Source: Eledone cirrhosa (Eukaryota). From it: 64,000 bases of DNA. Both the position numbers and the translations under genes were made by a program. Each line of letters begins with the position of its first letter. The stretch's first letter is position 1. The notes beneath the pieces were generated by a model. That model saw nothing but the letters and a program-made list of their open reading frames with translations, was not told the DNA's origin and made no database searches. The stretch spans positions 126,170,001-126,234,000 of the forward strand of contig OZ024744.1 in assembly GCA_964016885.1 (NCBI GenBank), read 5' to 3'. Of this stretch, positions 44,559-58,323 are shown one piece after another.

Positions 44559-45185
44559 CAAGCTATGTACAAGGGTGCTGTCAGTAAAGTGAGAGGAGGA
44601 ATTCCAGAAACAAAGTAGGTGTACATCAGGGTTCGGTCCTCAGTCCGCTCTTGTTCATTATAGTCCTCCCTCCCTCCCTCCCTCCCTCCCTCCAAGCCAT
44701 AACAGAGGAGGAGTAGTTTAAGACTGGATGCCCATGGGAACTTCTCTATGCTGACGATCTGGTTCTTATAGCAGAATCAGTAGAGGAGCTAGCTAGAGAA
44801 TAAATTCTGGCTATGGAAACAGCAGTAGTTGGAATCAAGAAGACTGAGAGTGAACCTAGCTAAGACAAAAGTGTTTATAAGTAGAAGAGAGGACAAAACT
44901 CTGATTCTGTCAGGGAAATGGCCATGTTCGATATGTAGGAAAGGAGTTGGCATAAATTCTATGAAATGTAGTACGCAATGCAGATCTTGGCTACACAAGA
45001 GATGTAGTGGGATAGCAGGAAAACTGACTGACAGGTAGGGAGAAATACGTATGCAGTAGATGTACAGGGAAATTTGACAGAGATTGCAGTGATAGACACA
45101 TTTTTCAAATGCAGGTGGGATCTATAGAGGGAGTTGATAGCTTCTGATACCTAGGTGATCAGATTAGTAAGGGAGGAGGGTGATA
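44559..45185 (+). pseudogene. RTE RT fragment (copy 2)
   Basis: Near-identical to 4330-4960. Confidence 0.85.
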
Positions 45186-45711
45186 TAAAATATATTGTTA
45201 TCATGACTGTCTTTATTATTTAAATTACCTCTGTCTATTTACAGATTTTACAGAGTGTACTGGGTGCTTTTATGATGGGAGCAGCAACTCTATACGATTT
45301 TACAGAGTGTACTTGGTGCTTTTATCATGGCACATGGCAGCAGCAGAAGCAGCAACTACGATTTTACAGAGTGTACTTGGTGCTTTTTACTCTGACATCA
45401 GCACTGAGGAAGTTGTCATATTTTCAGCTAAATTAATGAGTAGAAAAACCAAGTTTCTGCTACAAAAAATTCTCAGATTCAAGGGAGACATTCAGTTTAA
45501 GTATGGTATACTGTCACTAAGGCAGCAAATTGGCAGAGTCGCTAGAATATCAGATAGCATTCTTTACATTATTTGTTTCAGCTCTCTGTTCTCTCAATTC
45601 AAATCCTGCTCAGGTCAACTTTGCCTTTCATCCATACAAAATAGATTAATAAAAGTACCAGTGTATTACTGGGGTCAATTCTTCTTCTAACTCTTCTGCA
45701 CTTCCATTCTC

Positions 45712-45750
<39 letters not shown>

Positions 45751-46310
45751 GCTTCTTTAGAACACATCTGCTGTATTCAGACCTGGAGCGGAGATGGGCT
45801 CCACCAAGTTTTAAAAATTGCCCTTTAAGCGCTGTATGTCAATATGGTGCCCCTATGATTCCCTCCCTCAGGAGTTATGGGACCATAGATACTGTCAATT
45901 GTAAAGAATAACAGATATTCAGTGCTAGTGTGGTGTTCTGTCAGTTGTGGAGATTGATGAATCTAAACAGAAATATCAACAGCACTTTTCATTTCTGAGT
46001 AACACATTTGTTACCAAGTGCTGCATGGCTGGAATGAAAATCAGTGCTGTGAAAACCAAGACATTCATCCTCTCAAGGAAGCTTGTGCAGTGCACTCTAC
46101 ATGTAAATGGAGTCCCACTGAAGCAGGTAGAAAAGTTCATGTATCTCGAAGCTGTGTTCACGAGTGATGACAGAGACGGCAAAGGCACAACACACAACAG
46201 AAGAAAAGAACAATGACAATTATTATTATTATTATTATTATTATTATTTGTTTTATTAGTTTTATTATAATAAAAATTGTGCTGTTAGTTTGCTTGCTAT
46301 ACCATCATGT

Positions 46311-46398
46311 ACCCTAACCCTAAACCTAACCCCAACTCCAACTCTGACCCTAAACCTAACCCCAACCCCAACCCTAACCCTAACCCTAACCCTAACCC
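46311..46398 (-). repeat. Telomeric-type (TTAGGG)n tract (copy 2)
   Basis: As 6093-6187, one hexamer shorter. Confidence 0.85.
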
Positions 46399-46987
46399 AC
46401 GATAGAAGACGTTCGTTACCGCTGGAGCAACGCAAATTACTCCTCGGTTGACGCCAAAAACGAACGCCTTCTCGACGGCTAGCCGCATTTCGTGATCCGC
46501 CTTTCGATTGCGCTTCCGTCGCGGAAAAAGAATTGCCTTTATAGGCCGCCGCCGCCGCCCGACCGGACCCACGATAGAAGACGTTCGTTACCGCTGGAGC
46601 AACGCAAATTACTCCTCGGTTGACGCCAAAAACGAACGCCTTCTCGACGGCTAGCCGCATTTCGTGATCCGCCTTTCGATTGCGCTTCCGTCGCGGAAAA
46701 AGAATTGCCTTTATAGGCCGCCGCCGCCGCCCGACCGGACCCACGATAGAAGACGTTCGTTACCGCTGGAGCAACGCAAATTACTCCTCGGTTGACGCCA
46801 AAAACGAACGCCTTCTCGACGGCTAGCCGCATTTCGTGATCCGCCTTTCGATTGCGCTTCCGTCGCGGAAAAAGAATTGCCTTTATAGGCCGCCGCAGCC
46901 GCCCGACCGGACCCACGATAGAAGACGTTCGTTACCGCTGGAGCAACGCAAATTACTCCTCGGTTGACGCCAAAAACGAACGCCTTC
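46396..46987 (+). repeat. 172-bp array (copy 2; 3 full units plus a partial)
   Basis: Period 46572, 46744, 46916. Confidence 0.92.
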
Positions 46988-47344
46988 CGGTTCGGGCGAC
47001 GTAAAAGTCTGTAGCCTTTTCGCCGATCCTCGACGATTATCCGCCTTCCGAACAACCGCCTTTCCGCCGTCACAGCAGTAGGTACTCGTCCGTCGTAATA
47101 GCCGTCATTTTAATGCAGGAGAAACGCCTAAATGCACTGCGATTGACGACGATCTACGACGCGCTTACTCTTCCTTGCTGCGACGAAGGTTTCGTTCGGC
47201 TTTTCGTCGTGGACCCGGTCAGGTCATGCCGCTGATCTCGCGTTGCGTCGTTACCGCTGGAGCAACGCAAATTACTCCTCGTTTAACGCCAACATCGAAC
47301 GCGCTTCGGTTCTCGGTCGTCGTTGTTTTGTTTCGTGCGGAAGA

Positions 47345-47528
47345 TACCTGGGTGATCCTGCCAGTAGTCATATGCTTGTCTCAAAGCTTAAGCCATGCAA
47401 GTGGAAGTTCATGCCGTAAACGAAAATGGTGAAACCGCGAATGGCTCAGGAACCGGATCTAATCCTCGGGACCGTATTCCTCACCGCGAGGAGAGGATAA
47501 CTGTGGCAATTCTAGAGCTAATACATGC
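47345..47528 (+). pseudogene. 18S rRNA 5' fragment (copy 2)
   Basis: Identical to 7991-8174. Confidence 0.93.
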
Positions 47529-47533
47529 AATTG

Positions 47534-50500
47534 AGATCGGAGAGGGAGCGATCCGTCTGCTTGATTCCGATAACGAACGAGACATTCGTATCCGAAAGAA
47601 CGTTTGTCTGGAAACTGGTGAGTCAGTGAGTCGAAAAAAAAATATCTCGGTGGTAGTAGCAAATATTCGAACGAGACATTCGTATGCGAAAGAACGTTTG
47701 TCGGTGGTAGTAGCAAATATTCGAACGAGACATTCGTATGCGAAAGAACGTTTGTCGGTGGTAGTAGCAAATATTCGAACGAGACATTCGTATGCGAAAG
47801 AACGTTTGTCTGGAAGTGGCGATCCATGCCCGGTGGATAGTTGGTTCCGGGTTTTACTATGATTGTTGCAAAACAGAAACTTAAAGGGATTGACAGAATT
47901 TGCGATTACGGAGAGGGGGCGATCCGTCTGCTTGATTCCGATAACGAACGAGACATTCGTATCCGAAAGAACGTTTGTCTGGAAACTGGTGAGTCAGTGA
48001 GTCGAAAAAAAAAAATCTCGGTGGTAGTGGCAAATATTCGAACGAGACATTCGTATGCGAAAGAACGTTTGTCGGTGGTAGTAGCAAATATTCGAACGAG
48101 ACATTCGTATGCGAAAGAACGTTTGTCTGGAAGTGGCGATCCATGCCCGGTGGATAGTTGGTTCCGGGTTTTACTATGATTGTTGCAAAACAGAAACTTA
48201 AAGGGATTGACAGAATTTGCGATTACGGAGAGGGGGCGATCCGTCTGCTTGATTCCGATAACGAACGAGACATTCGTATCCGAAAGAACGTTTGTCTGGA
48301 AACTGGTGAGTCAGTGAGTCGAAAAAAAAATATCTCGGTGGTAGTAGCAAATATTCGAACGAGACATTCGTATGCGAAAGAACGTTTGTCGGTGGTAGTA
48401 GCAAATATTCGAACGAGACATTCGTATGCGAAAGAACGTTTGTCTGGAAGTGGCGATCCATGCCCGGTGGATAGTTGGTTCCGGGTTTTACTATGATTGT
48501 TGCAAAACAGAAACTTAAAGGGATTGACAGAATTTGCGATTACGGAGAGGGGGCGATCCGTCTGCTTGATTCCGATAACGAACGAGACATTCGTATCCGA
48601 AAGAACGTTTGTCTGGAAACTGGTGAGTCAGTGAGTCGAAAAAAAAAATATCTCGGTGGTAGTAGCAAATATTCGAACGAGACATTCGTATGCGAAAGAA
48701 CGTTTGTCGGTGGTAGTAGCAAATATTCGAACGAGACATTCGTATGCGAAAGAACGTTTGTCTGGAAGTGGCGATCCATGCTCGGTGGATAGTTGGTTCC
48801 GGGTTTTACTATGATTGTTGCAAAACAGAAACTTAAAGGGATTGACAGAATTTGCGATTCCGGAGAGGGGGCGATCCGTCTGCTTGATTCCGATAACGAA
48901 CGAGACATTCGTATCCGAAAGAACGTTTGTCTGGAAACTGGTGAGTCAGTGAGTCGAAAAAAAAATATCTCGGTGGTAGTAGCAAATATTCGTATGCGAA
49001 AGAAAAGATCTCGGTGGTAGTAGCAAATATTCGAACGAGACATTCGTATGCGAAAGAACGTTTGTCTGGAAGTGGCGATCCATGCCCGGTGGATAGTTGG
49101 TTCCGGGTTTTACTATGATTGTTGCAAAACAGAAACTTAAAGGGATTGACAGAATTTGCCATTCCGGAGAGGGGGCGATCCGTCTGCTTGATTCCGATAA
49201 CGAACGAGACATTCGTATCCGAAAGAACGTTTGTCTGGAAACTGGTGAGTCAGTGAGTCGAAAAAAAAATATCTCGGTGGTAGTAGCAAATATTCGAACG
49301 AGACATTCGTATGCGAAAGAACGTTTGTCTGGAAGTGGCGATCCATGCTCGGTGGATAGTTGGTTCCGGGTTTTACTATGATTGTTGCAAAACAGAAACT
49401 TAAAGGGATTGACAGAATTTGCGATTCCGGAGAGGGGGCGATCCGTCTGCTTGATTCCGATAACGAACGAGACATTCGTATCCGAAAGAACGTTTGTCTG
49501 GAAACTGGTGAGTCAGTGAGTCGAAAAAAAAATATCTCGGTGGTAGTAGCAAATATTCGTATGCGAAAGAAAAGATCTCGGTGGTAGTAGCAAATATTCG
49601 AACGAGACATTCGTAGGCGAAAGAAAAATATCTCGGTGGTAGTAGCAAATATTCGAACGAGACATTCGTATTCGAAAGAACGTTTGTCTGGAAGTTGCGA
49701 TCCATGCCCGGTGGATAGTTGGTTCCGGGCTTTACTATGATTGTTGCAAAACAGAAACTTAAAGGGATTGACAGAATTTGCGATTCCGGAGAGGGGGCGA
49801 TCCGTCTGCTTGATTTCGATAACGAACGAGACATTCGTATCCGAAAGAACGTTTGTCTGGAAACTGGTGAGTCAGTGAGTCGAAAAAAAAAATATCTCGG
49901 TGGTAGTAGCAAATATTCGAACGAGACATTCGTATGCGAAAGAACGTTTGTCGGTGGTAGTAGCAAATATTCGAACGAGACATTCGTATGCGAAAGAACG
50001 TTTGTCGGTGGTAGTAGCAAATATTCGAACGAGACATTCGTATGCGAAAGAACGTTTGTCTGGAAGTGGCGATCCATGCCCGGTGGATAGTTGGTTCCGG
50101 GTTTTACTATGATTGTTGCAAAACAGAAACTTAAAGGGATTGACAGAATTTGCGATTCCAGAGAGAGGGCGATCCGTCTGCTTGATTCCGATAACGAACG
50201 AGACATTCGTATCCGAAAGAACGTTTGTCTGGAAACTGGTGAGTCAGTGAGTCGAAAAAAAAATATCTCGGTGGTAGTAGCAAATATTCGAACGAGACAT
50301 TCGTATGCGAAAGAACGTTTGTCTGGAAGTGGCGATCCATGCTCGGTGGATAGTTGGTTCCGGGTTTTACTATGATTGTTGCAAAACAGAAACTTAAAGG
50401 GATTGACAGAATTTGCGATTCCGGAGAGGGGGCGATCCGTCTGCTTGATTCCGATAACGAACGAGACATTCGTATCCGAAAGAACGTTTGTCTGGAAACT

Positions 50501-51088
50501 GGTGAGTCAGTGAGTCGAAAAAAAAATATCTCGGTGGTAGTAGCAAATATTCGAACGAGACATTCGTATGCGAAAGAACGTTTGTCGGTGGTAGTAGCAA
50601 ATATTCGAACGAGACATTCGTATGCGAAAGAACGTTTGTCTGGAAGTGGCGATCCATGCTCGGTGGATAGTTGGTTCCGGGTTTTACTATGATTGTTGCA
50701 AAACAGAAACTTAAAGGGATTGACAGAATTTGCGATTCCGGAGAGGGGGCGATCCGTCTGCTTGATTCCGATAACGAACGAGACATTCGTATCCGAAAGA
50801 ACGTTTGTCTGGAAACTGGTGAGTCAGTGAGTCGAAAAAAAAATATCTCGGTGGTAGTAGCAAATATTCGTATGCGAAAGAAAAGATCTCGGTGGTAGTA
50901 GCAAATATTCGAACGAGACATTCGTATGCGAAAGAAAAATATCTCGGTGGTAGTAGCAAATATTCGAACGAGACATTCGTATTCGAAAGAACGTTTGTCT
51001 GGAAGTTGCGATCCATGCCCGGTGGATAGTTGGTTCCGGGCTTTACTATGATTGTTGCAAAACAGAAACTTAAAGGAATTGACAGAAT
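47534..51088 (+). repeat. rRNA-mosaic satellite (copy 2; 11 monomers)
   Basis: Same monomer, with lengths 317, 317, 318, 304, 263, 359, 372, 263, 317, 359 between landmarks. Confidence 0.92.
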
Positions 51089-51124
51089 TTTCGAATCGAC
51101 ATCAACTCGGCTACGGCTATCCCG

Positions 51125-51460
51125 TCGAGTACGAGAGTATCGCGGGATCAGAGCAACGGTTTGCTAGGCTGCCTCTGAGCGATAACGGCTGAACGCCTCC
51201 TCTAAGCCGGAACCCTAGCCGGACCCGAGTTGTTTTTCGACAAGCGTCTCGACCTTCTTAAGGCCCATGCCTTAGTTTGGCGATTGCCGTCCGTTCGCCG
51301 ACGGCGGCAGCGTCAGCGGAAATGCCATTCTGTGACGACTACGACGATTCGTCGTCGTCGTCGTCCATTCGATTTCCTGAAAGAGATAGAGACTAAAGTG
51401 ATCAAATTGTTCGGAGTTACGTGCTTAGTAGAGCAGCTACCACACTGCAATCTATTGAGA
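51125..51460 (+). pseudogene. 28S rRNA 3' fragment (copy 2)
   Basis: Identical to 16495-16830. Confidence 0.85.
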
Positions 51461-52895
51461 GTTTTCTGACGAACGATACAATCCGCCCACGTGGCGCCAG
51501 AAAGGGAGAAGAAAAGAAAAGTTAGACGCCGCCGATCGATCGGTTCGTTGTTTTACGTGTACACAGCTTGTGTGTGTGTCTGTATGTGATACAAGCCGCC
51601 TATCCGTCTTCCAAGTAAGTTTTGTGTGTAGACTGCGGAAAGAAATCCAATCCGCCGTCTAGGCGGTTCTGCCGCCGACCCATACTTTTGCGAGTCGCTC
51701 CCGGGAAAGACAGGCGGCAAGACGGCGTGTATACACGACGCCTTCCGTCTTCCGCCTCGAACCCGGGCAAACGTTCCTTTATTCGTCCACGCCTTCCCGC
51801 TTCGATCGCGAGAAAGTAATCAATCTGTTTTGTGTGTGTGTCTGTGTGTGATACAAATTTGTTTTCTTAATTTGATAACCATGAATTGTTTCAACACCGG
51901 CCCTTTTAAGGGCCACTTATATTTTCAATAATCAGTTTAAATGGGTTGCACCGTAGCCACTTGGTAATACACTGCAAATCTCCCGTCAATCTATGAAGGT
52001 TTTGTAGTAGATTAGATCAAAACACAATCAGCAAGACAGTAATGGAATGAATAATATAAACATTTGTTTATAATTAAAGCCTTAAGATGTCCCTCCCTCC
52101 CTCCCTTCCTCCCTTCCTTCCTTCCTTCCTTCCTTCCTTACGATATACACTTTAATAACATTGAAACTTATTTAATAAGTTTAAATTTTAAACACTTTTT
52201 ATTCAGACGTACCGCGATAAGTAACTAGATATGTTCTAACGAATAATCCGCGATGTGGCGAGGATTACCGCGATAGGAAATTAGATACGTTCCAAAGAAA
52301 TATCCGCGAAAAGTGAACCGCGATATAGCGGGTTCACCAGCCAGTGTATTACTGGTACTTTATTTTATCGACCCCCATAAGGATGAAAGGCAAAGTTAAC
52401 TGTGCAATAACAAAGGGATATAACCTCGTCTTTTTTTTTTTACGGAGTTATTTCCCTTTAAATTTTATCTATTACTTATGATGATACAATTTAATCAGTT
52501 CTTAGCTGTCGAGACACTGCATCCTTTAAAACCTCCATGGAACAAGCTACCTGCAACAGTTGTTAGCTGTCGAGACACTGCATCTTTTAAAACCTCCATG
52601 GAACAAACTACCTGCATCAGTTGTTAGGGTCTGAGTTCAAATCACGCCGAGGAGGTTAACTTTGCCTTTCATCCTTACGGGGTCGGTCGGAAAACGAACC
52701 ATTCCCGGTTCGCTTTCGAAGCGGGTTTCCGAAAACAGCGCTTCTCTCGACCGGGCCCGTCGTCCGCTCGGCGGTGGTTTTCATCGTCCCAGGCACGGCT
52801 AACAGGCGGAGACGGGACAAACGCGCGTGTTCCTTTTTTTATCAGCCGCAGCGCCGTTCGTATATATGCTTAGGTTGTTTTTTTTTTAAATATCC

Positions 52896-53126
52896 TAAGT
52901 TAAGTTGGGGCTAAGTTAAGTTGGGGCTAAGTTAAGTTGAGGTTAAGTTGAGTTGGGGTTAAGTTAAGTGGGGGTTAAGTTAAGCTGGGGTTAAGTTAAG
53001 TTGAGGTTAAGTTAAGTTGGGGTTAAGTCAAGTTGGGGTTAAGTTAAGTTGGGGTTAAGTTAGGTTGGGGTTAAGTTAGGTTGGGGTTAAGTTAAGTTGG
53101 GGTTAAGTTAGGTTGCGGTTAAGTTA
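52896..53126 (+). repeat. (GGGGTTAAGTTAAGTT)n (copy 2)
   Basis: Identical to 18266-18496. Confidence 0.93.
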
Positions 53127-56100
53127 CATTCGCCGCCGGACTTCAGCTTCCTCATTTAGCATGGGCAGTTTTTCTTGAAAATCACACCACACACAGCAAA
53201 TGTGTGTCCGCACATGTACCAGTAATTACAGATCGATTCCGGTGAAAATTCACTGAAAACGGGCCATCCGGCCCTGTGCGTCGATCGTGGGCCGGCCGGA
53301 TGTTGACGGATCGATGTGTAATTAGAAGTACACGTGCGGACACTCATTGGCTGTGCGTGGTATGCATTTCAGCAAGATATCTCCGTAACATCAAGAGTTA
53401 TGGCTGTGGAGGCACACCTAGTCAAACGTAAACAAGGTCTGGAGCGTTTACGCTTCGCGATTTTGTTTACGTTTGACTAGGTGTGCCTCCACAGCCACAA
53501 CTCTTGATGTTACGGAGATATCTTGCTGAAATGCATACCGCGCACAGCCAATGAGTGTCCGCACATGTACTTCTAATTACACATCGATCCGTCAACATCC
53601 GGCCGGCCCACGATCGACGCACAGGGCCGGATGGCCCGTTTTCAGTGAATTTTCAGCGGAATCGATCTGTAATTACTGGTACATGTGCGGAGACACATTT
53701 GCTGTGTGTGGTGTGATTTTCAAGAAAAACTGCCCATGCTAAATGAGGAAGCTGAAGTCCGCCGGCGAATGGTGTGCTTCGAAGAAAACTAATTCGAAAA
53801 TGACCGTTTGCAGGCGGAGTAACCTTTTCGATCGTGGGCCAGCCGCCCGTGGTGGGATCCATCTGTAATTACTGGTACATGTGCGGACATACATTTGCTG
53901 TGTGTGGTGTGATTTTCAAGAAGAACTGCCCATGCTAAATGAGGAAGCTGAAGTCCGCCGGCGAATGGTGTGCTTCGAAGAAAACTAATTCGAAAATGAC
54001 CGTTTGCAGGCGGAGTAACCTTTTCGATCGTGGGCCAGCCGCCCGTGGTGGGATACATCTGTAATTACTGGTACATGTGCGGACACACATTTGCTGTGTG
54101 TGGTGTGATTTTCGAGAAAGACTGCCCATGCTAAATGAGGAAGCTGAAGTCCGCCGGCGAATGGTGTGCTTCGAAGAAAACTAATTCGAAAATGACTATT
54201 TGCCGGCGGAATCACCTTTTCGGTCCTGGTCCGGCCGGATCTTGCCGGATCGATCGGAAATTTGTGGACCATGTTCGGAAGGCCATTGTGCATGTGTGGT
54301 GAAAAAAATTTGTGTCGAAATCTTCTCGGAAAATAACGGATCGCCGGCGGAGATTGCCATTTCGATCGTGGGCCGGCCGGATCTTGTCGGATCGATTCGG
54401 ACATATGTGCATCGTGTTCGCAAGGCCCTTGTCTATGTGTGGTGTGATTTTCATAAAGAAATTCCGAAAAACCCAGTTTTAAATCTGATTTCGCCAAAGA
54501 ATTTTGGCTATCAGATCGGGTTGAAAGGTATGGTTTCAGGTCGATCTGAAAGTCTAAAATGGAATTCACTTGGTTAGCTAACTATTGATATATCGGAGAT
54601 ATCTTTCTGAAAATCACACCACACACTCCCAATGAGTGTCTGCACATGTACCAGTAATTACAGATGGATCCCACCACGGGCGGCTGGCCCACGATCGAAA
54701 AGGTTACTCCGCCTGCAAACGGTCATTTTCGAATTCGTTTTCTTCGAAGCACACGATTCGCCGGCGGACTTCAGCTGCCTCATTTAGCATGGGCAGTTTT
54801 TCTCGAAAATCACACCACACACAGCAAATGTGTGTCCGCACATGTACCAGTAATTACAGATCGATTCCGGTGAAAATTCACTGAAAACGGGCCATTCGGC
54901 CCTGTGCGTCGATCGTGGGCCGGCCGGATGTTGACGGATCGATGTGTAATTAGAAGTACATGTGCGGACACTCATTGGCTGTGCGTGGTATGCATTTCAG
55001 CAAGATATCTCCGTAACATCAAGAGTTATGGCTGTGGAGGCACACCTAGTCAAACGTAAACAAGCTCTGGAGCGTATACGCTTCGCGATTTTGTTTACGT
55101 TTGACTAGGTGTGCCTCCACAGCCACAACTCTTGATGTTACGGAGATATCTTGCTGAAATGCATACCACGCACAGCCAATGAGTGTCCGCACATGTACTT
55201 CTAATTACACATCGATCCGTCAACATCCGGCCGGCCCACGATCGACGCACAGGGCCGGATGGCCCGTTTTCAGTGAATTTTCACCGGAATCGATCTGTAA
55301 TTACTGGTACATGTGCGGACACACATTTGCTGTGTGTGGTGTGATTTTCACGAAAAACTGCCCATGCTAAATGAGGAAGCTGAAGTCCGCCGGCGAATGG
55401 TGTGCTTCGAAGAAAACTAATTCGAAAATGACCGTTTGCAGGCGGAGTAACCTTTTCGATCGTGGGCCAGCCGCCCGTGGTGGGATACATCTGTAATTAC
55501 TGGTACATGTGCGGACACACATTTGCTGTGTGTGGTGTGATTTTCGAGAAAGACTGCCCATGCTAAATGAGGAAGCTGAAGTCCGCCGGCGAATGGTGTG
55601 CTTCGAAGAAAACTAATTCGAAAATGACTATTTGCCGGCGGAATCACCTTTTCGGTCCTGGTCCGGCCGGATCTTGCCGGATCGATCGGAAATTTGTGGA
55701 CCATGTTCGGAAGGCCATTGTGCATGTGTGGTGAAAAAAATTTGTGTCGAAATCTTCTCGGAAAATAACGGATCGCCGGCGGAGATTGCCATTTCGATCG
55801 TGGGCCGGCCGGATCTTGTCGGATCGATTCGGACATATGTGCATCGTGTTCGCAAGGCCCTTGTCTATGTGTGGTGTGATTTTCATAAAGAAATTCCGAA
55901 AAACCCAGTTTTAAATCTGATTTCGCCAAAGAATTTTGGCTATCAGATCGGGTTGAAAGGTATGGTTTCAGGTCGATCTGAAAGTCTAAAATGGAATTCA
56001 CTCGGTTAGCTAACTATTGATATATCGGAGATATCTTTCTGAAAATCACACCACACACTCCCAATGAGTGTCTGCACATGTACCAGTAATTACAGATGGA

Positions 56101-56802
56101 TCCCACCACGGGCGGCCGGCCCACGATCGAAAAGGTTACTCCGAAGCACACCATTCGCCGGCGGAATTCATTTAGCATGGGCAGTTTTTCTCGAAAATCA
56201 CACCACACACAGCCAATGAGTGTCCGCACATGTACCAGTAATTACAGATGGATCCCACCACGGGCGGCTGGCCCACGATCGAAAAGGTTACTCCGCCTGC
56301 AAACGGTCATTTTCGAATTCGTTTTCTTCGAAGCACACCATTCGCCGGCGGACTTCAGCTTCCTCATTTAGCATGGGCAGTTTTTCTTGAAAATCACACC
56401 ACACACAGCAAATGTGTGTCCGCACATGTACCAGTAATTACAGATCGATTCCGGTGAAAATTCACTGAAAACGGGCCATTCGGCCCTGTGCGTCGATCGT
56501 GGGCCGGCCGGATGTTGACGGATCGATGTGTAATTAGAAGTACATGTGCGGACACTCATTGGCTGTGCGTGGTATGCATTTCACTAAGATATCTCCGTAA
56601 CATCAAGAGTTATGGCTGTGGAGGCACACCTAGTCAAACGTAAACAAGGTCTGGAGCGTTTACGCTTCGCGATTTTGTTTACGTTTGACTAGGTGTGCCT
56701 CCACAGCGACAACTCTTGATGTTACGGAGATATCTTGCTGAAATTCATACCACGCACAGCCAATGAGTGTCCGCACATGTACCTGTAATTACACATCGAT
56801 CC
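53127..56802. repeat. Fold-back satellite (copy 2; 3 hairpin centres)
   Basis: Centres near 53449, 55077 and 56661, with spacings 1628 and 1584. Confidence 0.95.
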
Positions 56803-56890
56803 GACGACGGACAGAGTATTCGGTTTATTTTCTTGACATATTTCTTTACATATTGTCCAGGCATGCACTTTTTCCATGATTAGTTCTGTT

Positions 56891-56945
56891 GACGGCCCGC
56901 TTTCCAAAATACCTTATCCTGTGCAACGCCGGGTACCACTGCTAG
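56891..56945 (+). mobile_element. Helitron-type 3' terminus (copy 2)
   Basis: Identical to 25581-25635. Confidence 0.7.
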
Positions 56946-57164
56946 TATATATATGTGTATGTATATATATATATATATATTGGTAAACGGAATAGAAAAT
57001 TGTGACAAATTGTTCACAGTGAAAAATAGTTTAATTAGGAATAAGTGATAATTAGTAATAGTATTGGTTAGTATTAAGTTTTGGTTTTAAGTTTTACCGG
57101 TTGCGCATTTCTAATGCTTTTCAAAAATAATTTTGAGATAGAGCGTCCGTGATGTTTGCTCTGA

Positions 57165-57208
<44 letters not shown>

Positions 57209-57353
57209 AACAGTAGAAAGGAAAAAGATTTTTTCAGTAGAAATTGCTGAAGAGATTCTTTCAGTGTAATTTCAAAACATTAATTTATTTATAAAGTGGA
57301 TATTTCCACATTTAATAATGGCACTGGGTTCAGCATTATATACATTGTCAATT

Positions 57354-57689
57354 GTGGATTCTACTTTTGGCACAAGGGCTGCAATTATCCAGTACATTAC
57401 TGGTACTTTATTATTTATACAAATAATAATTGTTTCTACTTTTGGCACAAGGGCAGCAATTACCCAGTACATTACTGGTACTTTATTATTTATACAAATA
57501 ATAATTGTTTCTACTTTAGGCACAAGGTCAGCAATTACCCAGTACATTACTGGTACTTTATTATTTATACAAATAATAATTGTTTCTACTTTAGGCACAA
57601 GGTCAGCAATTACCCCAGTACTTTATTTTATCGACCCCGTAAGGATGAAAGAAAAGTTAACCTCAACGGGATTTGAACTCAGTCTGTAA
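57354..57689 (-). mobile_element. SINE with 78-bp tandem repeat (copy 2)
   Basis: Identical to 26050-26385. Confidence 0.8.
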
Positions 57690-58323
57690 AGGGAGGTAAC
57701 TGCTGGATTAATTTGGTTAATTAAGTTAACAGAAATTATGAACCGGTTTCTACAGAGCCTTCTGGACATTTAACCCTTTAGCATTTAAACCAGCCATACC
57801 TAGCCAGAATACTCTCACATCTTTCTGTTCAAACCAGCCATAACTGGCCACTCATACTGACGTTAAGGTATTGTTCTCAATATAAATAATATCAAAATCT
57901 CATAGATTCGATATTATATGAGATAATTATGTAAGATAAAGCCTTTACCACAAAAATACAATAGTATATATAGAGTAATAAAAATGCTAAAGGGTAAAAG
58001 TAGCTTATTATTTTGTGAGCTCTTGCTACTTATTGCTCTTGTGCATCAAGAACATACACAGCTTACATTTTGTTGCTAATCTCACTGAGATCCAACTACA
58101 TCTCTTGTTTATCCATAGTTTGGAATTTCTACCTACTCCTTTCCTTTAGAATGATCAAGGCCATTTTCTTGTGGGGATCTAGGCCCTGTTTTCCTTTCTA
58201 TTTTGCCAAGTTATCTTACATCACTTTCATTCTAGACCATGCTTCCAGGTTTGGAATTTCTCCTCTAATTTTACCACAGATTAAGTGACAAGGGTTCAAT
58301 CATGTGCATACAGGAGTTCCCAT